Of a DNA stretch of 47,136 nucleotides, positions 32,677-41,738 are shown piece by piece. The stretch is from Patescibacteria group bacterium. GTDB taxonomy: Bacteria; Patescibacteriota; Minisyncoccia; UBA6257; 2-01-FULL-56-20. The position numbers were made by a program, and so were the translations under genes. The stretch spans positions 1-47,136 of the forward strand of contig JANWZH010000001.1 of NCBI GenBank assembly GCA_025054755.1. The letters run 5' to 3'. The notes below the pieces were generated by a model, which saw only the letters and a program-made list of their open reading frames with translations, made no database searches and was not told the origin of the DNA. Each line of letters opens with the position of its first letter. The stretch's first letter is position 1.

Positions 32677-35600
32677 ATGAAACAAAAATTATTATTAATT
32701 TTTTTATTATTAATAATTTTTAGTTTTCAAAATCAAGTATTTGGTTATAGTATTGAAACCCATGCTTATTTAACAAAAGAAATTATTAATTTTTATAATC
32801 AAAATTTTCAAAATAAAATATCTAATGAATTAGTTCCCTATTTAATTGATGGCTCAAGAAAAGAAGATGAGCCTCCACGCTGGATGAATCATTTTTATGA
32901 TCCAATTTATAATCGTGGATTAACCGAAGATTCAGCAATTAATCCTGAGTATCGGCTAGGAAATTGGCAAAAATCAAAAGATTGGGCAAATGATAGCTCA
33001 AATCAAAACAATATCATATATAAAACAGCTGCAACAATATATTCTTTGCTTTCAGCAATTCAACAAAAGAAAATTGAACTTATTACTTTTGAAACTGATT
33101 TTACTTGGGATAGAGCATTAAAATTTTATATTCAAGGCGAAAAAGAAAAAGCAATGTATATTTTAGGTCATATTTTACATCTAATTGAAGACAAATCTGT
33201 TCCAGATCATACCAGAAATGATCCTCATGCTTTAGGAAGTCCATATGAAAAATATACTAGTCAATATAATTTAAATAATTATGATAAAGAATTAACTGAA
33301 AAATTAAAAAATAAAAAGCCAATTATTTTAAACAATTTAAATGATTATTTTAATAACTTAGCAACATATTCAAATAATAATTTTTATAGCAAAGACACAA
33401 TTGGTATTCAAAGCGGTTATAATAAACCACAACCAGATTATGACGCAAAAATTGAGAAATATTTTTATGCAATAAAAATAGATAAAGAAAACGGAGATTA
33501 TTATTTATTCAGAAAGTCATCTGCTGATATATTATTTAGTAATAAATTTGATGCTAGCCTAGAATCTGATTTGGTTATGTCTTCTTACTGGTCCAGACTT
33601 TCAACAAAAGCTGTTCAATATGGAGCAGGAGTTATTGATTTATTTTTCCGCGAAGCTAAAGCTAACGAAAATAATCCAAAATATTTAGAAAAAGAATTAA
33701 GTTTTTGGGGAAAAATTAAAAACACAACCTCAAACATAATAAATTCTATTCAATCTTTTGGTTCACAAGTTTTTGAAACAACAAAAGAATTTATTAATTA
33801 TCTTTTTAATCAAAATAAAAATAATACTTATGAAATTCCAATTACAAATAATCAACAACAAAATCAAATTATTGAACAAAATTTTAATCCAAATATTAAA
33901 CAACCAAATCAATTAATTCAAAATACTCAAAATCAATTAAATAATTCATTAGACGAATCTGAGCCAGAAGAACCATTTATTGCTCCGCAAATCAACCAAA
34001 ATCAAACAACAACTCAAAAACAATTAAATAATCAAACTACAACCCAAAATCAAACTACAACAAAACAAACTCCTAATTTAAATAATTTATCAAACGAATT
34101 TAAACAATGCAGTTTTCAAACTAATCAAACTCCATCGCATCAAGGATTGATTATTAATGAAATTGCTTGGATGGGAACCCCAGAATCTTCAAATAATGAA
34201 TGGATTGAACTTAAAAATATTTCCAATCAAGAAATTGATATAAACAATTGGCAATTAATTGATAGGTCCGAACAAATTAAAATTAACTTTGCATTTTTGC
34301 CAAATACTAAAATTAAACCTGGTCAATTTTTAATTTTAGAACGAACATCAGAAAATACCTTACCAAACATTAAGGCTGATTTAATTTATACTGGAGCTTT
34401 ATCAAATTCAGATGAAGGACTACGTCTTTTTGATAAAAATTGTAACCTAATTGATGAAGTTTTAGCTACACCCTCTTGGCCAGCTGGCAATTCTTTAACA
34501 AGACAAACTGCTGAAAGAAAAACTGATTTAAGCTGGCAAACTTCAGCTAATTCTTCTGGCACTCCCAAAAATGAAAATTCTTCTGGCAATTTAAACAATT
34601 TAAATGGAGGTGGAGGAGGAAAATCTTCAAACTATTCTATTCAAACTCAAGACAATGAACGAAACCAAAATCAACAAATTCAAAATATTTTAATTTCAGA
34701 AATTCAAATTTATCCAACTAATCAAAGATTCATTGAGCTCTATAACCCAAATAATTTTGATATTGATTTAACTGGTTATTATATTCAAAGAAAAACAAAA
34801 ACTGGTTCTGATTTTGGCAGTTTAGTATCAAAAACTAATTTTGAAGGAAAAATTATTAAAGCTAAAAGCTTCTTTTTAATTTCTCGTGAAAATTTACCAA
34901 ATGCTGATATTGTTTTATCTAATTTAACATTATCTAATTCAAACTCCATTCAGTTAATTGATAAAAATAAAAATATTTCTGATTTAGTTGGCTGGGGCGA
35001 AGCTCAAAATTGCCAAGGGCCTTGCGCTTTAGAAATTGGACAAAACCAAAGTTTACAAAGAAAATTTGATAATGGAAACATTAAAAACACAAGCAATAAT
35101 TTAGAAGATTTTGAAATTTCAAATTGTCCGTCGCCAAAAGATCCGCCAAATCAAAACTGTGTCTCAACTAATCAAGCGTCAAAAGACGCTTTTTTAGAAT
35201 TTTCTAATGTTAGGCATATTTTAATTAGTGAAATATTTTTTGATGCAAATGGATCTGATGAAGAAAAAGAATTTATTGAACTTTATAATCCAACTGTAGA
35301 TGATATTGATCTTACAAATTGGTCAATTAAAATTTTAAAAAATAACACTACCACCGAACAAAATTTAATAAAACTAAATCAAAATTCAATAATCAAAAAA
35401 AATGGGGGCTTCTTTTTGGTTGGATTTTATAAAAATTCAAATAACACTGATCAAAAAACATCTGCTAGTATTCCAAATGATTTTCAAGCCATAATTTTGT
35501 ATGATAAAAATAATCAAGAAATTGATCGCTTTAATTATAATATCTATAAAAATGAAAATGGCCCTGTTTTGTCTGGCTATTCAATAGAAAGAAAAGCTTA

Positions 35601-37425
35601 TAAAGATGACCTATGTTTAAATCCCGAATCAAATGGAAAATTTTTAGGGAATGGATGTGATTACGATTTAGCTCAAGATTTTATTACCAACCCAACACCT
35701 AATCCTCAAAGCTCAAATAATTTAAAAGAGCCAAGAAAACCTCCAGAAATAATTAATTTGGAATATAGTTATGATAATCAAAATGCAAACATTAAATTTT
35801 TATGGGGGTTAAGCCAAGACGACGAATTTCAAACTTCAACGATTACTTATAAAATTATTCAAAATATTTTCGCAAACTCAACAAGTTCAAATTTAATAAT
35901 TTCTACTTCAACTATTCTAGAAAGTTTAGCTAAAAATTTAAATTATAATTCCTTAGAATTATTTGAAAAAAATATTAACATCCAAGAATTAAATAAAAAT
36001 TATAATTACGAATTTCAAGTCATAGATCGCGACGGCTTAATTTCTACCTCATCAATAAATATTTTTGCTAAAAGCTTTATTGAAGACGGTTATTTTTTTA
36101 AAGATGATTCTACTGGAAAATATTATTTTAAAATTAAATTTAATCCAAATCATCAATTTTTTAATTTAGAAGACAAAAGCCCAGATAGTTTTATGAATTA
36201 CGAAGCAATAGTTTTTTATCTTAATCAGGAGCCAACATCTTATAATATTTCAACCGAAAATGGGCTAATTATTCCAAACGCAAATCAAATTCAAATTCAA
36301 TATCCTTCTTGTGCTTTTGGGCCAAATAACGCCCTAATATTTCCTCAAAATCAAAGATCTTGTATTAAATTAGGCGGGCCACCAACTTGGCTTGGAAGAT
36401 TAGCTTACGATTTTAATTCTTTAGAAAGCGATAATTCTTTAATTATTGAATTATTAATTAACCAAGATTTGAATGAAAACGACTATATTACTTTAGGTTT
36501 TTATAAAGATTGGAGCGGAAATATTGCTGGGACTTATCAAATTATTAATTTTAAAGCTTTAGATTCTAAAAAATATTATTTATTAAAAAATAAATCATTT
36601 TTAAATGCTCCAACCACGCCTCAAAATATTCAATTTAATTTTGATGAAACAAATTTTAAACTAAGGGTTTCAGCTGATTATTCAACTGATCCCGATTCAA
36701 AAGATTCAAATATTTATTATGAATATAATTTTTCTGATTCAGAAAATTTAAATCCTAATAATTGGCAAATAACTCCTGTGCCCAATTCTCCAAATTTTGA
36801 AATTAATGTTCAATATGGCAAAAAATATATTGTTAGCTTAAGGGCCATAGACGAATTTAAAAATGTTTCAAAAGAAATTCAAAGTCAATGGTCTTTTCCT
36901 GAAAATTTTATAATCTTACAAGAACAAAATAAACAAGGAGATATTGCTAATGGTAATGCTTTAAATTTTGCTCAAGTTTTTAAATCAAACGAATCAGGAT
37001 ATCTCTCTAAAATTAAAATAAAATTTCAAATTTATTGGATTCCTCATAATTATCTTCGCGGCAAAAATGTTAATATCTCTATATATAAATATGATTCTGA
37101 TGTTTTTAATGACGATGTCAACTTGTTAAATCAAAGTATTAATGATCAAAATAAATTAGGCACATCAAATAATATTTTAAATTATTTAATAGAAACTAGT
37201 CCAGAGATTGCTTTTAATTTTAATCCAAAAATATATTTAGAAAAAAATAAGCTCTATGTTTGGGTACTAAATCAAGAGGGGGGATTTGGACATTTAGCTG
37301 GGACTTCAGAAGATCAGCAAATTGGAGGCTATGGTTATGCAACTTATAGTGGAACGAGCTGGTTTAATCAAAGAAATTGGCTTGCTTTAACAAATTATTA
37401 TTTTATATTAATTGGAGAAAAATAA
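32677..37425 (+). CDS. giant secreted protein: Zn-dependent phospholipase C-like domain, Q/N-rich linker, three lamin-tail domains (LTD), FN3-like C-terminal region
   Basis: Start set to ATG 32677 (MKQKLLLIFLLLIIFSFQNQVFG is a signal peptide); the track ORF begins at a TTG at 32650. PLC ligand pattern: ETHAY, NHFYDP, GHILHLIEDKSVPDHTRND (compare alpha-toxin THA, DHFWDP, GEAMHYFGDIDTPYHPAN). LTD signatures: LIINEIAWMG...NEWIELKN, ILISEIQIYP...FIELYNPNNFDIDLTGY, ILISEIFFDANGSDEEKEFIELYNPT. Confidence 0.85.
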   Translation: MKQKLLLIFLLLIIFSFQNQVFGYSIETHAYLTKEIINFYNQNFQNKISNELVPYLIDGSRKEDEPPRWMNHFYDPIYNRGLTEDSAINPEYRLGNWQKSKDWANDSSNQNNIIYKTAATIYSLLSAIQQKKIELITFETDFTWDRALKFYIQGEKEKAMYILGHILHLIEDKSVPDHTRNDPHALGSPYEKYTSQYNLNNYDKELTEKLKNKKPIILNNLNDYFNNLATYSNNNFYSKDTIGIQSGYNKPQPDYDAKIEKYFYAIKIDKENGDYYLFRKSSADILFSNKFDASLESDLVMSSYWSRLSTKAVQYGAGVIDLFFREAKANENNPKYLEKELSFWGKIKNTTSNIINSIQSFGSQVFETTKEFINYLFNQNKNNTYEIPITNNQQQNQIIEQNFNPNIKQPNQLIQNTQNQLNNSLDESEPEEPFIAPQINQNQTTTQKQLNNQTTTQNQTTTKQTPNLNNLSNEFKQCSFQTNQTPSHQGLIINEIAWMGTPESSNNEWIELKNISNQEIDINNWQLIDRSEQIKINFAFLPNTKIKPGQFLILERTSENTLPNIKADLIYTGALSNSDEGLRLFDKNCNLIDEVLATPSWPAGNSLTRQTAERKTDLSWQTSANSSGTPKNENSSGNLNNLNGGGGGKSSNYSIQTQDNERNQNQQIQNILISEIQIYPTNQRFIELYNPNNFDIDLTGYYIQRKTKTGSDFGSLVSKTNFEGKIIKAKSFFLISRENLPNADIVLSNLTLSNSNSIQLIDKNKNISDLVGWGEAQNCQGPCALEIGQNQSLQRKFDNGNIKNTSNNLEDFEISNCPSPKDPPNQNCVSTNQASKDAFLEFSNVRHILISEIFFDANGSDEEKEFIELYNPTVDDIDLTNWSIKILKNNTTTEQNLIKLNQNSIIKKNGGFFLVGFYKNSNNTDQKTSASIPNDFQAIILYDKNNQEIDRFNYNIYKNENGPVLSGYSIERKAYKDDLCLNPESNGKFLGNGCDYDLAQDFITNPTPNPQSSNNLKEPRKPPEIINLEYSYDNQNANIKFLWGLSQDDEFQTSTITYKIIQNIFANSTSSNLIISTSTILESLAKNLNYNSLELFEKNINIQELNKNYNYEFQVIDRDGLISTSSINIFAKSFIEDGYFFKDDSTGKYYFKIKFNPNHQFFNLEDKSPDSFMNYEAIVFYLNQEPTSYNISTENGLIIPNANQIQIQYPSCAFGPNNALIFPQNQRSCIKLGGPPTWLGRLAYDFNSLESDNSLIIELLINQDLNENDYITLGFYKDWSGNIAGTYQIINFKALDSKKYYLLKNKSFLNAPTTPQNIQFNFDETNFKLRVSADYSTDPDSKDSNIYYEYNFSDSENLNPNNWQITPVPNSPNFEINVQYGKKYIVSLRAIDEFKNVSKEIQSQWSFPENFIILQEQNKQGDIANGNALNFAQVFKSNESGYLSKIKIKFQIYWIPHNYLRGKNVNISIYKYDSDVFNDDVNLLNQSINDQNKLGTSNNILNYLIETSPEIAFNFNPKIYLEKNKLYVWVLNQEGGFGHLAGTSEDQQIGGYGYATYSGTSWFNQRNWLALTNYYFILIGEK

Positions 37426-37426
37426 T

Positions 37427-39070
37427 TTATTTAAAAACTCTTTTTGTTTTTAAATACCATAAATTTATATCGCTAAACATATCTTCTTCATTATTAATTA
37501 AAAGTTCTTTAATGCCATAAATATTTTTAGAAGTAATCATTAAATATTTAGGTTGATAAAGAAAAATAGCTGGATAATCATTATAAATATTTTCTAAAAT
37601 ATTATTTAAAATTTGATTTTTGTCTATATTTAATTTTTGATAAAGATTAATTAATAAATCGTCTACTTTATTATTACTATACAATGCTAAATTGAGACCA
37701 GGATAAAATATAAAAGAAGAGTGCCAAAATGGATATAAATTAAAATTAGGATAAATAGCATTCCCAAAAATAATTAATTCATAATCGCGATTCATAATAT
37801 TTTTTTCTAATAACTCATCTGGTCCGCTTTTAATAATTTCTATTTTAATACCAATTTTAGACCAACTTTCAGCTAAAATATCAGCAGTTTTTATTAAAAA
37901 CTCACTATCTGGAACATGTAATTTAAAATTTAATTGAATTAAAGTATCTTTTATCTTTTTTTCTCTAATTTTAGAATCATTTAACTTCCAACCAGACTCA
38001 TCCAATATTTTATTTGCTTCATCTAAATTAAAATTATTTTCTATTTTAAAATCATTAAACCATGGCAAAGGATTAAATGCTGGATTTGAAAAACCATTAA
38101 AAACCTTATTTACTAATTCACTACGATCCAATGAAATAAACATAGCTCTTCTAACGTTTAAATCTTTCAGTCCTAAATTTTTAGATTGATTAATAAAGAC
38201 ACCATAATAATTTAAAACCGGAAAAGAAAAAATATTAAATGGCCTTTTGAAATCTAATTTTGAAAAATCATTTAAATTAACAAAAGGAAAAACATCTATT
38301 TCTCCGTTATTAAATGCTTTAAATAAATTTTCTTGATTAGGGTAAAATTTAATATTAATTTGATTAATATATGGTTTTTGCTCTAAATAGTATTTATTTA
38401 TTTTCAAAATAATTTCCGAAATAAAACCGCTTTTGGAAATATTAATAGAATCAACTATATATTTTCCATTCGAAATCGGATGAAAATTATATTCTGATAA
38501 ATTCCAATTTAAAACAGGCAAATCAGCAAAAATATGTTTGGGAACAATATAAAAATTATTTAAAATTTCAGAAAAAAAACTATATTTTTCACCTAATTTA
38601 AATTGAACTTCTAATTCGCTTAATCTTTCAGCTTCAATATTTTTCCAAAAAGGATAAAGCAAAGAATTATCTTGAGCCTCTTTAATCTTAAATATAGTAA
38701 AAACAATATCATCGCTTGTAATTTTTTTACCATCTGACCAAAATAAATTTTCTTTTAAGCGCAATCTCCATAAGTTTGAATCATTAACTGGCTCAATTTT
38801 ATCAGCTAATTTAGATAATGGCGCAAATAATAAATTAATTAAAATATTATCTGATTGATTTTTAGCTAAAACAAAATTAATATTGGCTGGCTGGCCAATA
38901 ATTCCTAACCTAATTGCCCCTCCGCTTTTAGGAACAGAAATAGTTGATTTTTGAAAAAAAATAAAAATTAAAACAAAAGCCGAAATCAAAAAAAGAATTA
39001 AAAAAAATAAAACCAAACGCTTTTCTTTTAATGTTAAATTAAGGTATATTTTTTTAAAAAAATCAATCAT
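37427..39070 (-). CDS. membrane-anchored ABC substrate-binding protein, family 5 (peptide/nickel, OppA-like)
   Basis: N-terminal TM segment, then WRLRLKENLFWSDGKKITSDDIVFTIFKIK, which is typical of SBP_bac_5. No permease or ATPase gene is adjacent. Confidence 0.75.
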   Translation of the reverse strand: MIDFFKKIYLNLTLKEKRLVLFFLILFLISAFVLIFIFFQKSTISVPKSGGAIRLGIIGQPANINFVLAKNQSDNILINLLFAPLSKLADKIEPVNDSNLWRLRLKENLFWSDGKKITSDDIVFTIFKIKEAQDNSLLYPFWKNIEAERLSELEVQFKLGEKYSFFSEILNNFYIVPKHIFADLPVLNWNLSEYNFHPISNGKYIVDSINISKSGFISEIILKINKYYLEQKPYINQINIKFYPNQENLFKAFNNGEIDVFPFVNLNDFSKLDFKRPFNIFSFPVLNYYGVFINQSKNLGLKDLNVRRAMFISLDRSELVNKVFNGFSNPAFNPLPWFNDFKIENNFNLDEANKILDESGWKLNDSKIREKKIKDTLIQLNFKLHVPDSEFLIKTADILAESWSKIGIKIEIIKSGPDELLEKNIMNRDYELIIFGNAIYPNFNLYPFWHSSFIFYPGLNLALYSNNKVDDLLINLYQKLNIDKNQILNNILENIYNDYPAIFLYQPKYLMITSKNIYGIKELLINNEEDMFSDINLWYLKTKRVFK

Positions 39071-39080
39071 TAAAAATCGT

Positions 39081-39296
39081 TTATTTTAGTAAAAAAACAG
39101 AATATAAAGATAATCCAATAAAAACGCAAATCAAAACAATGGTGCTAATAAATATAATTTTTTCCATCCCACGTCTGGCCTGATAAAATCCGCCCTCCCC
39201 GCCAAAAATTGCTGAAAGACCAGTTGAGCGTTCTTGTAATAAAATCAATATTATAATTAATATTCCAATAATTGCTTGAATAATTTGTAAAACCAT
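39081..39296 (-). CDS. secG: preprotein translocase subunit SecG
   Basis: 71 aa with two TM segments and LLQERSTGLSAIFGG, like the SecG LLQ..KG.GL...FGG motif. Confidence 0.8.
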   Translation of the reverse strand: MVLQIIQAIIGILIIILILLQERSTGLSAIFGGEGGFYQARRGMEKIIFISTIVLICVFIGLSLYSVFLLK

Positions 39297-39304
39297 GTTT
39301 TTAT

Positions 39305-39664
39305 TTAATTATCTTTATGTTTAGTTGCTTTATGATATATAAAATTTAAAATACTAAAAACTAATATGGAATATATCAAAGCACTAATACTTTGTATGCT
39401 AATACTTTGAAAAAAAATGTCAAGTAAATATAATATTAATCCATTAACAATTAAAATTCCTAAGCCAAATGTTAAAAAAATAATTGGAGAAAAAATTAAT
39501 TTTAAAATTGGACGAATTACAAAATTTAAAATAGTTAATACAAAACTCAAAAAAAGAACATCTAAAAAATTAGAGCTTAAAACAAATCCTGATATGAATT
39601 GTTTAGCCATTAACAAACCAAAAAAATTAATAATAATTGCTAATATAAATTTAATTAACCACAT
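39305..39664 (-). CDS. DUF360 / phage-holin-4-like membrane protein (YvlD-like)
   Basis: 119 aa with 3-4 TM segments. The layout resembles DUF360; family-level guess only. Confidence 0.5.
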   Translation of the reverse strand: MWLIKFILAIIINFFGLLMAKQFISGFVLSSNFLDVLFLSFVLTILNFVIRPILKLIFSPIIFLTFGLGILIVNGLILYLLDIFFQSISIQSISALIYSILVFSILNFIYHKATKHKDN

Positions 39665-39683
39665 ATAATTTAATTTTATTATT

Positions 39684-41210
39684 TTAAAATAAATCTTTCA
39701 ATAAACTTTTTCCTGTCATTTCTTCTGGTTTAGGAATATTCATCAATTCTAAAATCGTAGGCGCAACATCAGATAATAAGCCTAAAGTTTCATTATAAAA
39801 ATTATCAAAATTTGGAAATTTTTTCCCTTTAAATTCATTGCCTATTAAATATAATGGGACAGGATTTTTAGTATGCTCTGTATTTAGCTCACCGGTCATT
39901 AAATTTATAATCTGCTCAATCTTACCATGATCTGATGTAATAATTAAAATAACATCATTATCTAAAGCACTTTTAACTAATCTACCAATTTCCTGATCTA
40001 TAATTTTAATTGCTTTTACTGCTAAATCAAAATCAGCTAAATGACCTAAAATGTCTAAATTAGCATAATTAGCTAGTATAAAATCAAAAGATTTATTATT
40101 TATTGCTTCAATTAAACGATCAGTAATTTGTCTGCTTGCCATTTCGGGATGATTTACCAAATCAGCATTTAGCCCCGAAGGGATAGAAACTCTAAATTCA
40201 TTTTCATAAACATCTTTATTTAAACCATTAAAATAAAAAGTAATTAAAGAATATTTTAAACTTTCACTAATTTTAAATTGGGATTTATTATTTTCCGATA
40301 AAATTAAAGAAAGCGGCTTATTTATAATTTGTGGCTCAAAAATATATGGCAAATTAAAATTTTTATCATATTGCACCATGGTTAATATAAAAAGATTATT
40401 AAATTTTTTAATATTAAATTTATCAAAATTATAATTAAAAAATGGCTCAACTATGCTTTTAACATTATCTTCTTTAAAATTAAAAAATATTACAGCATCA
40501 TTTTCTTGGATAGCTTTATTTTTATTAATTAAAATTGGTGGCAAAATATTGTCATTTAATCCTTTTTCATAATGATTTTTAATAATCTCCTCAAAATTAG
40601 AAACTTCATTTATATCGCCAATTAAACAATCGTATGCTCTTTTAACTAAATTAAAATTATTTTTATGATCTAAGGCATAATATCGGCCAATAACTGAGCC
40701 AAGTTTTTCTTTAGAAAAATTTTTTAATAAATTTAAAAAAGAATTTTTTGGACTATCTATTCCATCAGCAAAAAAATGAAATGCATAATTAATTTTTTTA
40801 TCTTCCATGATTTCAACTAAAGCTTGAATGTGTTCTAAGGCTGATTCTGAAATTCCTTTACTCAAAAGTCCAACCAAATTAACTTTAGAGTTATTTTTAC
40901 GAACAAAATCAAGAGCTTGATTTAAATTTTTATTCTTAAAAAAAGAGCCGTCTTTAATTGCCATTGTAATTAATGGATAATTTTGATAAAAAATTTTACC
41001 AGCTCCCATAGTTAAATGACCAGCCTCACAATTTCCTTCTTCTCCCCATGGCAAACCAACCGTAATTCCAGAAGCAGATAAACTAGTTACCGGAAATTGT
41101 TTTTCTAATTCTAATAAATTTTGAGGCGAGGCAGCATAAACTGGATTAGTTTCTCGCTGCAACCCTAATCCTAAACCATCTAAAACTATTAAAGCAACGC
41201 TTTTATTCAT
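39684..41210 (-). CDS. gpmI: 2,3-bisphosphoglycerate-independent phosphoglycerate mutase
   Basis: VALIVLDGLGLG N-terminus, GNCEAGHLTMGAG, ITSDHG. Confidence 0.9.
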   Translation of the reverse strand: MNKSVALIVLDGLGLGLQRETNPVYAASPQNLLELEKQFPVTSLSASGITVGLPWGEEGNCEAGHLTMGAGKIFYQNYPLITMAIKDGSFFKNKNLNQALDFVRKNNSKVNLVGLLSKGISESALEHIQALVEIMEDKKINYAFHFFADGIDSPKNSFLNLLKNFSKEKLGSVIGRYYALDHKNNFNLVKRAYDCLIGDINEVSNFEEIIKNHYEKGLNDNILPPILINKNKAIQENDAVIFFNFKEDNVKSIVEPFFNYNFDKFNIKKFNNLFILTMVQYDKNFNLPYIFEPQIINKPLSLILSENNKSQFKISESLKYSLITFYFNGLNKDVYENEFRVSIPSGLNADLVNHPEMASRQITDRLIEAINNKSFDFILANYANLDILGHLADFDLAVKAIKIIDQEIGRLVKSALDNDVILIITSDHGKIEQIINLMTGELNTEHTKNPVPLYLIGNEFKGKKFPNFDNFYNETLGLLSDVAPTILELMNIPKPEEMTGKSLLKDLF

Positions 41211-41251
41211 AACTAAATTATAATTAAAAAAAAATTATTATAAAGTTTTAA

Positions 41252-41737
41252 TTATTGCCAATTAACAGTTCCGGGCAAGTTAGAAGGACATTCAATTTCT
41301 GACCAATTATATTTTCCATCACTAATTTTAGGACCCAACAAAACAAAAAATGTATTTACTATAACAAAGGCTAGTAAAATAATTGCTACGCCCCAAGCTG
41401 TATTTTTAAGCATGTTTTTCCCCTCCTCTATTTTTTTCTGATTCCCTCTTGAAAGAATAATTAAAAAAGATCCTATTAAAAAAATTAGTGGAGCAAAAAT
41501 AAATAAAGCAAAAGTTATTCCTAAATAAATAGCACGCTGTGCTGTGGAAATCAAATCACACAAACTAGAACAAGGGTCTGAATATTTTCCAGCAATTGAA
41601 TTTTCTATTCTTTGAGTATTGCAAGACATAATTGGGCCCCAAAAAGGAATAGAAATTTTTTCAGCCAAAACTGATCTCGTAAAAATAAAAGTTAAAAACA
41701 AACTAAATAAACTTATAATTAATATTTTTTTAAACAT
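41252..41737 (-). CDS. TrbC/VirB2-like (type IV secretion pilin-like) small membrane protein
   Basis: Signal peptide, a Cys-containing segment, then two hydrophobic helices separated by a short basic loop (LIFLIGSFLIILSRGNQKKIEEGKNMLKNTAWGVAIILLAFVIV). This matches VirB2/TrbC topology. Assignment is by topology only. Confidence 0.45.
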   Translation of the reverse strand: MFKKILIISLFSLFLTFIFTRSVLAEKISIPFWGPIMSCNTQRIENSIAGKYSDPCSSLCDLISTAQRAIYLGITFALFIFAPLIFLIGSFLIILSRGNQKKIEEGKNMLKNTAWGVAIILLAFVIVNTFFVLLGPKISDGKYNWSEIECPSNLPGTVNWQ

Positions 41738-41738
41738 T

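Noticed and set aside
33830-34100. Q/N/T-rich low-complexity stretch of the giant protein as a separate repeat element or prion-like feature
   Set aside because: It is a compositionally biased inter-domain linker, in frame and without discrete DNA-level repeat units that I could delineate.
18270-39668. Other antisense ORFs: 18270-18482, 28938-29120, 30464-30781, 31211-31723, 32440-32667, 34386-34598, 39417-39668
   Set aside because: They are embedded opposite better-supported genes and have no recognisable motifs. The ORF at 31211-31723 simply mirrors the repeat region of the wHTH gene.
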